IMG/VR virus record: IMGVR_UViG_2778261152_000005
Coordinates: 1-57,958 of that record
Origin: a virus
Taxonomy: Duplodnaviria > Heunggongvirae > Uroviricota > Caudoviricetes
Direction: 5' to 3' (one strand)
Length of the DNA stretch: 57,958 nucleotides
Shown: piece by piece, positions 20,055 through 30,589 of the stretch
How the letters are laid out: every line of letters begins with the position of its first letter
Numbering within the stretch: the stretch's first letter is position 1
Notes under the pieces: generated by a model
Told to the model about the DNA's origin: nothing
What the model saw: only the letters and a program-made list of their open reading frames with translations
Database searches by the model: none
Position numbers and translations under genes: made by a program

Positions 20055-21665
20055 TTAATAATCGACTTCGACCTCATGGTCTCCGTCACTTAACTGCCAA
20101 TGTTCCCGCGACTGTCCGGTCGGAATCCCGACCACTTTACCGATACGCACAGGCGTTGCACTAACCGCCCCCGCACCTGAATCAATGAAATCGTCTGGCT
20201 GTGTTGTCAGCGCCGGGTTGAAGTCACGCATTTGATCATACATTGGGCCATCCAGAACATCTGAGTGTGCCCACAAGAAACTAGACGAAAGCGGCGCTTC
20301 AAATGCGTCGAGGATGCGCTTCTGCTTATTCGTAACGCTGAATTCCTCCCTGACACCGCAGCCAGTTCCCTTAAGCGCCTGACGCAACAGCTTACCGGCG
20401 AATGACCCGGGGCCGTTTACTTCCACGCAGACAACGGGGATCTGATATTTAAGGACAAGCTCTTTAATCTGTATTACCTGACCGCCAGTTATTTTGTCAT
20501 TGGAGTCGAACTCCGCAAGGTCGCCCGTTAACGCCTGACAGATATGCCAGTAGAGGTGGCCTCGCGCATCCGTGAGTACCAGAGAAAACGCTGAAGCGTC
20601 GGCCTTCACCTTACCTGTTGCAACATCCCACCAGGCAACGGCACCGACAATCTGCACGTTACCAAGCCACATCGACGCGGTGCGGTTTGCATAGCGAATT
20701 TCCGGATGGATGTTGTACTCCCGGATGCGCTCAGGATCGAGACGAACGTCGCCAACGGGCTTGCTGTGCAGCTGATACTGGCTATCCCACTCGTTGACCG
20801 TACGACATTCTTTTCGACGCAGCTCTAACTCGTCATGATCAAATCGCTCAGGCCAGGCGCATCCGGCATAGAAATCAATAACCGTATCCGGTGCCGCAGC
20901 AAACTCCACGCCGTCGGCAGTCAGCTTATAGTCAACGTCTTCGACCAGCAGGCTGGCCGCTTTATGGATCCCTGCAAAAACGTACTCTGGCCGGAACGGA
21001 ATAACATAGCGCAGCTGCGTGGCGTCTTTCGCCTCGATGCGCTTTTCTTTCTCAAACAGCTTTATGGTCAGACAGTCAGCGCCTGCCGATTCCATTTCAT
21101 CGTAGAGGCTGTCATGTGTGTGCGGCGTACCAATAAAAAGTTTTCGCCCGCCGGGGATCAGGATGTGAGTCTGCTCGCTCAGGCGATAACGCAACTTTTC
21201 TCGCGCCTCCGGCGTCTGAATATTGCCCGGGACTTCCACGTCGTCATTCTGGCACTCGTTAGCGCGGGCGCCGGTGACGTTCGACAGGATACCTTTTGCG
21301 AACATGCTGGCGTTACGCATATCCAGCGAACCATTAACCCACCATTGTTCGACCGTGCCGATCCCGTCGGGCAACATGCCTTTTGTCAGGGGGTGGTTGC
21401 GTAAAACGTTCTGTGTATCGCGGCTGGTTTTGCGCGCTGTGGAGTCCGATTCTGACTGGTGCAGAATACGGTACTGGCGATCGCAGTAGTATCGCCAGGC
21501 ATTATAGACGCCCAAAATAGTGGATTTACCGAAACCACGGAAACAGCGAAGCACCGCGAGGTTTCCGCGATGCTCCAGCCAGTGGCAGGCTTGATAATGG
21601 CAGTCCGGAACGTCCCAGTTCATCCGCTCCGCCCACATTAAAAAGAAGGCGAGGAACGAAATCAT
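20055..21665 (-). CDS. Terminase large subunit
   Basis: 536 aa; Walker-A-like …RGFGKSTIL… near N-terminus; follows a small terS-like gene. Confidence 0.7.
   Translation of the reverse strand: MISFLAFFLMWAERMNWDVPDCHYQACHWLEHRGNLAVLRCFRGFGKSTILGVYNAWRYYCDRQYRILHQSESDSTARKTSRDTQNVLRNHPLTKGMLPDGIGTVEQWWVNGSLDMRNASMFAKGILSNVTGARANECQNDDVEVPGNIQTPEAREKLRYRLSEQTHILIPGGRKLFIGTPHTHDSLYDEMESAGADCLTIKLFEKEKRIEAKDATQLRYVIPFRPEYVFAGIHKAASLLVEDVDYKLTADGVEFAAAPDTVIDFYAGCAWPERFDHDELELRRKECRTVNEWDSQYQLHSKPVGDVRLDPERIREYNIHPEIRYANRTASMWLGNVQIVGAVAWWDVATGKVKADASAFSLVLTDARGHLYWHICQALTGDLAEFDSNDKITGGQVIQIKELVLKYQIPVVCVEVNGPGSFAGKLLRQALKGTGCGVREEFSVTNKQKRILDAFEAPLSSSFLWAHSDVLDGPMYDQMRDFNPALTTQPDDFIDSGAGAVSATPVRIGKVVGIPTGQSREHWQLSDGDHEVEVDY
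20118..20133. promoter_or_regulatory. Copy b of the GGTCGGAATCCCGACC motif, inside the 3' end of terL about 85 bp upstream of the tail-fibre gene
   Basis: Perfect 16-nt palindrome. Confidence 0.45.
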
Positions 21666-22000
21666 TTTTCGCCTTTCTGAAGGCGTTTGATAATGGCGGC
21701 CGCTTCACGTTCAGCCTCATTGACCCGCTGACCCAGTTCGAATTCTTCATCAACTTCACCGGGTTTCGGGGGAACTCCGCCGCGTGTATGCATACCAATA
21801 AGAGAATGCACCTTAATCAGCAGCGTCAGCGAAGCCGCAGCGTTCTTCTTGTCCCAGTAGCGGTCGCCGCGCTCCTGCTTTGTCAATGCATTGACGCGTT
21901 TATTACCGCCAGCCCAGTTGTCCGGGTCGGCTTCTTCGAGCACCACGTCAGTGAGTTTATCGCTCAGAGCAGTAAGGCGTGTTTTGTAATCCTGATGCAT
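21662..22000 (-). CDS. Putative terminase small subunit (T7 gp18-like position)
   Basis: 112-aa ORF overlapping terL start by 4 nt. Confidence 0.4.
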   Translation of the reverse strand: MHQDYKTRLTALSDKLTDVVLEEADPDNWAGGNKRVNALTKQERGDRYWDKKNAAASLTLLIKVHSLIGMHTRGGVPPKPGEVDEEFELGQRVNEAEREAAAIIKRLQKGEK

Positions 22001-22045
22001 AAAAAAGCCCCGTAGTGAATACAGGGCTATGATGGCGCGGGTTTG

Positions 22046-22061
22046 AGGTCGGAATCCCGAC
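22046..22061. promoter_or_regulatory. Copy c of the GGTCGGAATCCCGACC motif, upstream of the terS-like gene
   Basis: Perfect palindrome in the 64-bp intergenic gap. Confidence 0.45.
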
Positions 22062-22064
22062 CGA

Positions 22065-24971
22065 TTACCGCATACCAGGATCTACCTGATTTATCAGCGG
22101 CGCAATCCAGAAAAGATTGTTCCCTGGCAGCAGGGTACGCACGTTGTGCAGAACACGATCACCAGCATCGCCATTCAGCACTCCAGCGGTCACGTCGGTG
22201 ATGGTATCTAACAAGCCAAACGTCGGGCCGAGTGCGGAACCGATAAAACCACGGCTGGCGTAACGCGACTGTGTGCCGGTGCCGAGCAGCGCTCCCAGCC
22301 CGACCATACCACCGGAAGCTTTTTCAGCCATGTTGTTGTATTCCATTAGTGGGCCGAGAATGCCGGAGCGGTCAACACCCTCTATCACCAGTTTTTCAGG
22401 CGACCAGTCAACCTCACGCCCGTTAGCGGTTTCTTTCAGTGCATACGTCAGCGAGCCCAGCCCTATCTGGAATGCGGTACCGTAGTAAAACTGCGCCGAC
22501 CCTTCCTGTAACCCGCCCAGCGTTGCACGGTTGTATGACGCCGTAGCAAACGATTTAAACTGGAAAACCGTTTTGCCAAGCGGTGTGCTGGCCCACAGAG
22601 GCGTATCGCCAATGCCGGGGGTGATAACAGTATTGTTAACGTCTTTCAGCACAGCAGACTGAAACACGCCGGCGACATGCTGATCGTCCCATTTTTCAAA
22701 ATTACCAATATGCCAGCCGTCAATCACCTCGCCGTGCTTCTGAAATTCAGTGCGGATACGCGCGGCCATATTGTCGTTAATGCCGAGCTTCGCCAGGCGA
22801 CGGCCTGCGAACGAACCGGAAAGAATACCGTCAGACGTGATCATGCCGTTAACCGATTTGTTCATATCGTCGAAATGCCCCATCAGCGTGAGCTTGCCGA
22901 ACATATCGGTAACGCGCTCCATACCGGCTTCCACCGCTGTGGTACGTGCGGAACTGTCCACCAGATCGCCCATCGTACGCGCGCGGGTATGCAGTATTGT
23001 TTCCAGCCCCACGGCCATCTTTTTCTGTTCGGCTTTACTCGCAACCCATGCAGGGGATTTGGTTATCATAGCGCCATAGCCGCGCGTAACATTGCGGAAT
23101 CCGTTCACCATCACGCCACGCGCCAGATCAGGTATTGCCGACACAGTCATACCCCCCAGTTTGGTGGCAAAGTTAGCACTGCGCAGAAACGCACCGGCGC
23201 GAACAAAGAACGACGACGGATCGTCGGGCATACCGTACGTACCGACAAGGCGGTCGCGCAACGCAGTAATATCGCGCAGGTCGTTATCGCGGGCTTTTGC
23301 CAGTTTTGCCTGATCTTTGGGGCGGGAACGCATCAACGCGTCGTACTCGTCCTGGATATCCTTAAGCTGTTTTTCCAGCGTCTTGTTACCAAAAGTGCGG
23401 GTCAGCTCAACCTCTGCGGACGCTTCGCGAATATGGCGCTGCAGGACATAGTTGGCGTCACTCTCCAGGTAGTCTTTCATCAGGCGATCGGGAACACTGA
23501 GCGTACGGCCTTTGGTGCTGCCAGCAGATTTGACCATAAACACATTAGCGAAATCCTGCGGGATTTTGGCACCCACAATTTTGTTAATAGTGGCGTCCGC
23601 CGTAATTTCGGCCTCTTCTCTGGACATGGTTTTTTCGCCGCGCGACCACCAGTCAACCAACATGTCGCGGAATTTATCGCGCTCGTTGACGATTTTCCCG
23701 ACCTTGTACACGCGCGGGAAATAGCTGGTCTGCCCGATGGCCTTCAGTTCTTCATCCGGTGGTAACAGTCCTAGTTTCTGCTGTGCCACCTTCACACGGT
23801 TAACGACGGTGCGCATTGCCTGCGCCGTTTCCTGCACTACCGGGTTGGCATGTACATCACCGCTGCGCATGGCGCTACCCACTTCTTCACGGAACGACGC
23901 AAAACTCAGGTCACCGCCGTCAGCCTTATATTTTGCATACGCCTGTTTGTTGGTCACGACTACCGCTGCTTCTTCACGGCGCCAGCCGCGAACGCGGGTT
24001 TCCGCTGCAATGGGTGTTTCAATACCACGCGCATTCCCCTGGAGCGTGAAGTTATTCTCTGCCAGCTCCAGCGCTGTACGGCGTGCTGTTTTTGAAGGGG
24101 ATTCTATCAGGCGGGTGATCGGCGTCAGGTAACTGCCTGCCTTGCGCGCGGCCTTGCCGAATGGCCCCCCCGCAACCGGGGTTAAATCTTCGAGTGTCGC
24201 TTCGCGGATCCGCGCTGCGCCCACACTCCCCCCATCAGGAAGCGAAGCCGCAGCGGTATCCACCGGCGATGTTACGCTCATATTATCGAGCGCCTCCGCC
24301 ACTTCCCGCGTGGCCGCAGTGCGAACAGAAGGTGAGAGCGCCGCGCCAGCAGCAGCAAATACGCCACTCATCAACGCACCAGCTGCGACGTGGGAAGCAC
24401 TTTCGCCCCACGTACGAGTGATCTGCTGGTTATTCAGCGCAACTTCGCTCGCTGCGGTTGCAGCCGCACCGATTGCAACCTGTGACGCAATGCGCGCTGC
24501 CGCACCGCCCTGTGCGCCGGGGATAAACATAGATGCGACGGTAACCGGGTCGACAACGCCCGCAGCAATACTGGCTAACACACCCTCACCGCCAGCCTCA
24601 GAAAGCACGCGGCGGTCTTCGTTTTCATCGTCAATCTGCTGTTTCAGCCAGGCTGTTTCTTCCGGAGAGCGGGAATCCGCAAACGCCGCCCCCCATTGTT
24701 CGTACCCGTGCAGCTCGTTTTTATCCGTATATGGGTTATACCCTTCAACCGGCTCAAACTGCTTAGCCGGTCGGAACATCTGACCCAGCAGGTTATTCTG
24801 GCGGAATGCAGCGCCCCACACCGACGGCTCGTCCTGCTGAGGTGCCGGGTTGGTTCCTTCTGGCAATGGGACATCAAATCCGGATGATGCCGCCAGCACA
24901 TTACCTGCCGGGATGAATCCGTTATTCAATTCTTCAGGAGTGGCGTATACCGGCATTATTCTGTGCTCCAT
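22065..24971 (-). CDS. Internal virion / ejection protein (968 aa)
   Basis: Large ORF in the T7 gp15/gp16 position; start may be at a downstream Met. Confidence 0.5.
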   Translation of the reverse strand: MEHRIMPVYATPEELNNGFIPAGNVLAASSGFDVPLPEGTNPAPQQDEPSVWGAAFRQNNLLGQMFRPAKQFEPVEGYNPYTDKNELHGYEQWGAAFADSRSPEETAWLKQQIDDENEDRRVLSEAGGEGVLASIAAGVVDPVTVASMFIPGAQGGAAARIASQVAIGAAATAASEVALNNQQITRTWGESASHVAAGALMSGVFAAAGAALSPSVRTAATREVAEALDNMSVTSPVDTAAASLPDGGSVGAARIREATLEDLTPVAGGPFGKAARKAGSYLTPITRLIESPSKTARRTALELAENNFTLQGNARGIETPIAAETRVRGWRREEAAVVVTNKQAYAKYKADGGDLSFASFREEVGSAMRSGDVHANPVVQETAQAMRTVVNRVKVAQQKLGLLPPDEELKAIGQTSYFPRVYKVGKIVNERDKFRDMLVDWWSRGEKTMSREEAEITADATINKIVGAKIPQDFANVFMVKSAGSTKGRTLSVPDRLMKDYLESDANYVLQRHIREASAEVELTRTFGNKTLEKQLKDIQDEYDALMRSRPKDQAKLAKARDNDLRDITALRDRLVGTYGMPDDPSSFFVRAGAFLRSANFATKLGGMTVSAIPDLARGVMVNGFRNVTRGYGAMITKSPAWVASKAEQKKMAVGLETILHTRARTMGDLVDSSARTTAVEAGMERVTDMFGKLTLMGHFDDMNKSVNGMITSDGILSGSFAGRRLAKLGINDNMAARIRTEFQKHGEVIDGWHIGNFEKWDDQHVAGVFQSAVLKDVNNTVITPGIGDTPLWASTPLGKTVFQFKSFATASYNRATLGGLQEGSAQFYYGTAFQIGLGSLTYALKETANGREVDWSPEKLVIEGVDRSGILGPLMEYNNMAEKASGGMVGLGALLGTGTQSRYASRGFIGSALGPTFGLLDTITDVTAGVLNGDAGDRVLHNVRTLLPGNNLFWIAPLINQVDPGMR

Positions 24972-27676
24972 GAAAAGTAATTTTTAACCCTGTCCATGCG
25001 CTCGTTATGCAGACGTTTGTACTGCTCATCCAGCGCGCGGTGTTTATCTTTGAAACCGCGAATATCCTGTCCTCGCGTAAGCTCATCCTGTGCACGCTCC
25101 TCCCGCTCCTGCTGCATTTTCTTGTAAGGTTCCCAGTCCTCAAGCGACGGCTTCCAGCGCACCGGGCGCCCGTACTTATCGTAGAACGGCTGCACGGATT
25201 CGATGCCATCCTTATCCTTCATTCGCACCATGATGGCATAATCCCCCTGGCGCGCAGTAAGAACGTCGGGTGTAATTTCCAGATCACCACCGATACGGCT
25301 TTCAGGGGTTTTTGTATCGACAAGCGGCGCTTTTCCCGATGTGATCCCGAGCTGTGTCGGGCTGGTAGTTATCGTTTCTTTGCGGTCACCGTACATCAAT
25401 TGCTCTTTTTCGGCTTTCCACTGCGCCGCCTGCCACCCTGACGGACCATAGTCATAAAGCGCCTCCGGAGCGTACTTCATGAATTTAGCGTCACCGTTTA
25501 CCTCGCTGATACTCCATGTGCGGGCTACCTGCTGGTTGGTCATCTTCTTCGCCGCGTCAGCGTTACCGCCAGTTGTACGGTAGTTAATGTCATACAACGC
25601 CTGATAGTCATTACGGAAGCGTGCCGCCTCCGGCGTCTGGTCATCAGCTGAAGGATCAAACCGGAACCACTGCGACATGCTGCTCACCGCGGAATCCATC
25701 GCCTTGCTGCGGTCTTTTTTATACTCCTTAGTGCTCTGGGTTGACGCCAGCTGCGCTTTGAGTGCATCGGTCTGGTTGTAGGTCAGGTTCTGCGCCTGCT
25801 CGATAGCCGCATCAGACGCCATACCGGAATCGGTCAGCTGTTTGACCGTCAGGTAAAAACCCTGCATATCCTTCGGCATATCGCCGACAGACGCGGGGTC
25901 TGTATCGTACAGGCGATTAAACAACTCTGCGCCCTGCCGTACCGCTTCCGGGCTGCGGGCGCGGGAAATTGCCGAAAGCTGCGTTGTCACCTGCGACGGA
26001 ATAATGCCCGTCTGCGCTACCTGCTGCACAATTCCGTCATGTGTTCCTGCGTCATTAATACAGAAATTTTGAGCGGTATCGGTAGCATCGGCGGCTTTCT
26101 GCATGGATTTATTTGACGGGTCAAGTTTCTCCCCCGTTGAAAGCGCCTCGTTAAAACGACGGGCATCACGCTGCGCCTGAATTGCCGCATTACTTTTTTG
26201 TACAAGCGCTCCCAGCTTACCGTAAGCATCGAGTTTCAGGGCGTAATCTGGATCGTTGACTTCCGGCTTCACTTTGACGAGTTCTGCCTGCTGCTCTGCG
26301 GGAGATACGTACTGGATGGCCTGGAAGGTACGCGCATTATCAATGGCTATGTCCAGTTGCTTTACGGCTTTTTCCCCCTGCTCCCCATAAGCAAACATAA
26401 TCGACGCCTTATCTGGCATTGCATCAGGCACTTCACCGTTATTCAACTGTGCCATAGTATTATTGAGGATAGGATCGATTTGCTGGCGCAGGGCTGTACG
26501 CTGTTCACGGATCTGACTTTCGGCGATATTGTCGATTTTATTGACAGATACCGGATCTAGCCCCGTTTTATTTTTACGGTACCGTGACAGCCATCCGCGC
26601 GTTTCCGCCGGCAGCTTGCTGATAAATGCCGCTTCTGTGATTTCGCCCTTACGCGGGTCGCCCACTTTAGCAATCAACGTATCAACATTACCCATTCCCC
26701 AGTTATAAGCAGCGCCAGCCAGCGTTTCGGAACCATATTTGCCGTACAGTTGGTTAGCGTAATCGCTCGCGAGTAGCGCATTCTGATCTTCATCCGCCGG
26801 GTTGTATTCTACGCCGCGTTTAGCCGCCAGCTCTTTGCCTGTGCTCGGCATTAACTGAAACTTACCCTGAGCTCTCTCACCAGATTTTGTTACAGGCCCC
26901 TCAACCAGACTGCCGTCGGCTTTAAAATGCTTACCGCCCGACTCCACAATACCGATAGCGCGCATATCAAGTCCGCCGCTATCTTTAATCGGGAAGTCAC
27001 CATTAAGCCAGCCCTGCGGATTGGTTACCGCATAGTTCTGCGCACGCTGTTCCATAGCTCGCTGATCAGCCTCCGATATCGCCTGTAGAATTTGCTCGGA
27101 AGACCAGCCCTGCGCCTGGCCATAAAGCTCAATGGAGTGCTTACGCGCCCCCCGAATCAACGCCGCCGCCTGCGAATCGTCAAATGCACCGGCTTCCTGC
27201 TCGACTGATGATTTCACCGTTGCGTCAAGCTGCTGACGCTGTGCCTGTTCGGTTTGACTACGCTCAAAGCTGTTATAAGTGCTGGTTCGTCGAATCTGCC
27301 CGGCTTTCCATTGCGCATCAAAATACTGCAACTGGCTGGCAGGAACGCGTTTGCGGGCTTCTTCATAGTCGGAAGAATCCAGCTTATCCATATCAAGACC
27401 GACGCCGGAAGACTTGAACCCCTGACGGGTCGTAAGTGCGCCGGTCTCCGGGTTTTCCCAGCGGTCGCTGGACTTTGAGTCCAGGTCAAGAAGAATGGCC
27501 TGTGTTGCCGCCACATCCGCTTTATCCTGCACGCGCTGCACATCTTCAGCAGTCTGTCCAATGGCAGCGCCAAGCCCTGCGATCGCATTGCCGATTGCGC
27601 CAGCGTTCCCCACGCTGACACGGGTCGGATTCACCTGCGGCGTAACGTTGCCAAAATTACCTGTTGGTATTCTCAC
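24956..27676 (-). CDS. Internal virion protein with lytic transglycosylase domain (906 aa)
   Basis: …GIVESGGKHF…GKFQLMPSTGKELAAKRGV…AYNWGMGNV… resembles the SLT domain, as in T7 gp16-type proteins. Confidence 0.65.
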   Translation of the reverse strand: MRIPTGNFGNVTPQVNPTRVSVGNAGAIGNAIAGLGAAIGQTAEDVQRVQDKADVAATQAILLDLDSKSSDRWENPETGALTTRQGFKSSGVGLDMDKLDSSDYEEARKRVPASQLQYFDAQWKAGQIRRTSTYNSFERSQTEQAQRQQLDATVKSSVEQEAGAFDDSQAAALIRGARKHSIELYGQAQGWSSEQILQAISEADQRAMEQRAQNYAVTNPQGWLNGDFPIKDSGGLDMRAIGIVESGGKHFKADGSLVEGPVTKSGERAQGKFQLMPSTGKELAAKRGVEYNPADEDQNALLASDYANQLYGKYGSETLAGAAYNWGMGNVDTLIAKVGDPRKGEITEAAFISKLPAETRGWLSRYRKNKTGLDPVSVNKIDNIAESQIREQRTALRQQIDPILNNTMAQLNNGEVPDAMPDKASIMFAYGEQGEKAVKQLDIAIDNARTFQAIQYVSPAEQQAELVKVKPEVNDPDYALKLDAYGKLGALVQKSNAAIQAQRDARRFNEALSTGEKLDPSNKSMQKAADATDTAQNFCINDAGTHDGIVQQVAQTGIIPSQVTTQLSAISRARSPEAVRQGAELFNRLYDTDPASVGDMPKDMQGFYLTVKQLTDSGMASDAAIEQAQNLTYNQTDALKAQLASTQSTKEYKKDRSKAMDSAVSSMSQWFRFDPSADDQTPEAARFRNDYQALYDINYRTTGGNADAAKKMTNQQVARTWSISEVNGDAKFMKYAPEALYDYGPSGWQAAQWKAEKEQLMYGDRKETITTSPTQLGITSGKAPLVDTKTPESRIGGDLEITPDVLTARQGDYAIMVRMKDKDGIESVQPFYDKYGRPVRWKPSLEDWEPYKKMQQEREERAQDELTRGQDIRGFKDKHRALDEQYKRLHNERMDRVKNYFSWSTE

Positions 27677-27678
27677 GG

Positions 27679-28146
27679 TTATTTACTCCCTGCTTTTTTC
27701 CAGCCGTTATATGCCGTTCCGCCTGCGGATAGCAGGGAACTACCAGCGTTAATGTATCCAGAGGTAGACGCATTATTCCCACTGATACGATCGGCCTGAG
27801 CCTGTGCATTTAGTCGGGCGCTCTGATTCGTACCATTCAAAATGGTCTGATACGCATCCTGCTCAGCATCACCAACGATGTCAGACTGAATACGCAGCGC
27901 AGTCCCTTCGCCGGTATCAACTCCGGACGCCGCTAATGATGCATTCGCCGCCGCGGCCTGTGCACGCCCGGCCTTGCGAATACGTTCAGCTTCAACTTTC
28001 GCCGCAGCTTTAGACGCCTCTGCATCGGCTTCAGCCTGAGCAGCCTGGTAATTAGACATTTTCTTCTGCTGTTGCCCGCTGTAAACCGCTCCGCCAGCAG
28101 CAAGGACAGAAGACGCAACAAGAGCAACCTCAACACCAGTACACAT
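27679..28146 (-). CDS. Putative internal virion protein (155 aa)
   Basis: N-terminal hydrophobic segment then Ala/Gln-rich region; T7 gp14-like position. Confidence 0.4.
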   Translation of the reverse strand: MCTGVEVALVASSVLAAGGAVYSGQQQKKMSNYQAAQAEADAEASKAAAKVEAERIRKAGRAQAAAANASLAASGVDTGEGTALRIQSDIVGDAEQDAYQTILNGTNQSARLNAQAQADRISGNNASTSGYINAGSSLLSAGGTAYNGWKKAGSK

Positions 28147-28148
28147 CG

Positions 28149-28598
28149 TTACACCTCTTTGGAATAAAGCAGACCGGTACGCGACAGACCGAGACGTGAA
28201 TACAAATCACCGGTGCGCTCTTCATGTACGCCTGTGGTGATACCCATATTGATAAGCACGGCGCCGTGTCTTTCCGCCCATGCAATGAATGATTTCGCAA
28301 GCCGCGGGGCAGCTGTGCCGCCGCGGTACTCAGGCGCAATAAAAAGCCCGTATTCAAACGCCATTAGCTGACGGCTAAACCATTGCTCAGCGATCCCGCC
28401 GGCCAGCCAGCCAATTACAGCACCTTTTTTTTCGGCCACCAGCAGACAGCCAGCAGGTGATGAAATAAGGGTGCGGGCGAGTTCAGCGCATTTTTCTTCA
28501 TCGAATGGCGAATTCTGTGAATAGCGGGACTCGATATACATCCGGGTTCCCAGTTCGATCAGCGCCGGGATATCCCCGGCCGTTGCGTTACGTACCAT
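28149..28598 (-). CDS. GNAT-family N-acetyltransferase within the virion module
   Basis: Start taken at internal Met (28598); …GAVIGWLAGGIAEQWFSRQLMAFEYGLFIAPEYRGGTAAPRLAKSFIAWAERHG… GNAT-like; track ORF extends to 28805. Confidence 0.6.
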   Translation of the reverse strand: MVRNATAGDIPALIELGTRMYIESRYSQNSPFDEEKCAELARTLISSPAGCLLVAEKKGAVIGWLAGGIAEQWFSRQLMAFEYGLFIAPEYRGGTAAPRLAKSFIAWAERHGAVLINMGITTGVHEERTGDLYSRLGLSRTGLLYSKEV

Positions 28599-28599
28599 G

Positions 28600-30588
28600 T
28601 CAGCCCCCGTTACTGGTGAACGTGAAAATAATTGCGAGAAGGTGGAATGGCAGCGGCTGGCGCTGCTGGATAAGCAGGGTGTCTTCCCCACGCTCCCAGC
28701 CGAGTTTCCCCCAGAAATGATCGCCGGTGAAAAGTGGCGCTGGCTGGTTGAGAATTTTCGGACCGAACCGGCGGAACGGAATGACCTGGCCGTTGCACTC
28801 TGCACCAGTAGTTTCGAGAAAACGCATCGTCACTTCGCTCGTACGTTTCTTCGCGTTCTGGGTGGTACCTTCGGTAGTGGAAACCTCAGGTGATAGCGTC
28901 TCAATCGTACTTTCAAAGTGCAGGCCGATCTCAACGCTTTTTGCCTGGCGCGACAGGGTTATTTGACCTGATGAAACTGTGTATTGGGGCATAACAGCGC
29001 CGTCTGCCACCACATCCACAACCTGCCCCTCGAGGTGAGCAAGGCCTGACCACGTGGCGGAACCGGCGCTACTGCTGCCGGTCACTGCGGCATCGGTATA
29101 AAGATTGCTGTCGAAAACCTCAACATACCGAACGGTCTGGCCGTTTATCTCACGACGAACAATGGCATAAACCACGTCGTCGGTATCGGATGGAATTGTC
29201 GCCACCGATTCGAACGCCCCCTCAGTGACCTGACGTGACCAGGCAATAACATCCTGAGCGCGATCGATAGCCATCGTAACCGCAACACCATCAGCCCGAA
29301 CCATCCAGATAAATGCATCGGGTTGTTGCTGATATGCCATGTCCAGCACGCCACCAGATGTGATGTGCTCGGCCAGCACTGTCATGTCGTTAGCGGAATA
29401 GGAAACAAAGCTGTCGGGGTCGTACGCTACCGCATAGAGCTTACGACCCGCACGCTGCACAAACATGATTTCGGTACCAACGCGCACCGGACGGATCCCA
29501 TTACATCCGTACGGGCTTGGGTTTTTTACCGAAATATTTGTCGGTGTGATGGCCGCATCGTTACCCGAGGTGATCGTAAACTCACCGCCATAGGTCAGCG
29601 CAATAAGGGTATTCATCTGCGCCAGATGCACAATCGGGTTGAGCTGGTCAGAAGACAGCGTAAAGCTGATTGCGTCATCATCTTCGGTACCAATCTCAAA
29701 CGACAGATAAACGCCCGTCTCACTCCACCAGATTGTTTGCGGGTATTTGGGTGAACCCGCCAGCACAAGCCGCTGCTGGTAAAGCGTCACCGCGCCCGGG
29801 TAACCAAATTCATCTGTCCAGACCGTGTCTTCACGTGTCCACGCGCCCGGAGAGGCCGCCTGAGTTGCCGATAAATCGCTACGGATGGTACCGACGGCGA
29901 CCTGCGCGCTGGTGATGCTTTTTATCAGTACCAGTCCTTCGTTAATTCGCACGTACGAACCAACGTCCTGAGATACCCAGCCGGTTCCGGTAAAAGGGGG
30001 GCTGGAGTTATCACCCGGGTCTTCATCGCTCAAAGTGAGCGTGATTTCAGAGCCCACAAATTCTTTGACGGATGGCTTACACCATTTTTGCGGTGTATCG
30101 CGTACCTCGTCGAAAGGTTCAACGATGAACGGCGCAGGCTCAAGCACCCAGTCAGTTTGACCGCGTCGCTGCAGGCGGTAAGGTTTCACAGACTGATGCA
30201 CCAAAAACATGGTGTCAGCACCCTGGACATAATTCACAGCAGGCAACATATCAGCGGTATAGGGACTGGCTATTTCATACGGTGTGTTGTCACCGTTAAC
30301 CAGTTGCTTACCGTTCTGGTAAATGCGCATATAGCCGTCGCCAAACTCCAGCATATAAGCCTGAGAGCGATTGAATACGTAGGGGATAAGCCGGGATTTT
30401 TTATTGCCATACTTGGTAGCCGCCGCGAATCGGGTGCCGGGCCTGCGGATTACGCCCCCCTGCACCACCACCACGGCGTTTTCGATAATCTTTGCGCCGT
30501 TGGCATAGCGGGCAATATCAACACGCCCCATAAGACGCGGAGATACTTCCCCGGCGGTGAAATTGGTTTTAATGAGGTTCGCGCGCAT
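28600..30588 (-). CDS. Tail tubular protein B-like (T7 gp12 position)
   Basis: About 660 aa; start chosen at Met 30588 one base from the tubular-A stop; track ORF extends to 30651. Confidence 0.55.
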   Translation of the reverse strand: MRANLIKTNFTAGEVSPRLMGRVDIARYANGAKIIENAVVVVQGGVIRRPGTRFAAATKYGNKKSRLIPYVFNRSQAYMLEFGDGYMRIYQNGKQLVNGDNTPYEIASPYTADMLPAVNYVQGADTMFLVHQSVKPYRLQRRGQTDWVLEPAPFIVEPFDEVRDTPQKWCKPSVKEFVGSEITLTLSDEDPGDNSSPPFTGTGWVSQDVGSYVRINEGLVLIKSITSAQVAVGTIRSDLSATQAASPGAWTREDTVWTDEFGYPGAVTLYQQRLVLAGSPKYPQTIWWSETGVYLSFEIGTEDDDAISFTLSSDQLNPIVHLAQMNTLIALTYGGEFTITSGNDAAITPTNISVKNPSPYGCNGIRPVRVGTEIMFVQRAGRKLYAVAYDPDSFVSYSANDMTVLAEHITSGGVLDMAYQQQPDAFIWMVRADGVAVTMAIDRAQDVIAWSRQVTEGAFESVATIPSDTDDVVYAIVRREINGQTVRYVEVFDSNLYTDAAVTGSSSAGSATWSGLAHLEGQVVDVVADGAVMPQYTVSSGQITLSRQAKSVEIGLHFESTIETLSPEVSTTEGTTQNAKKRTSEVTMRFLETTGAECNGQVIPFRRFGPKILNQPAPLFTGDHFWGKLGWERGEDTLLIQQRQPLPFHLLAIIFTFTSNGG

Positions 30589-30589
30589 G

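Noticed and set aside
22677-23765. 362-aa plus-strand ORF (and neighbouring plus-strand ORFs 23737-24132, 24142-24783)
   Set aside because: They lie antisense within the large minus-strand internal-virion gene in GC-rich DNA with low-complexity translations; judged shadow ORFs.
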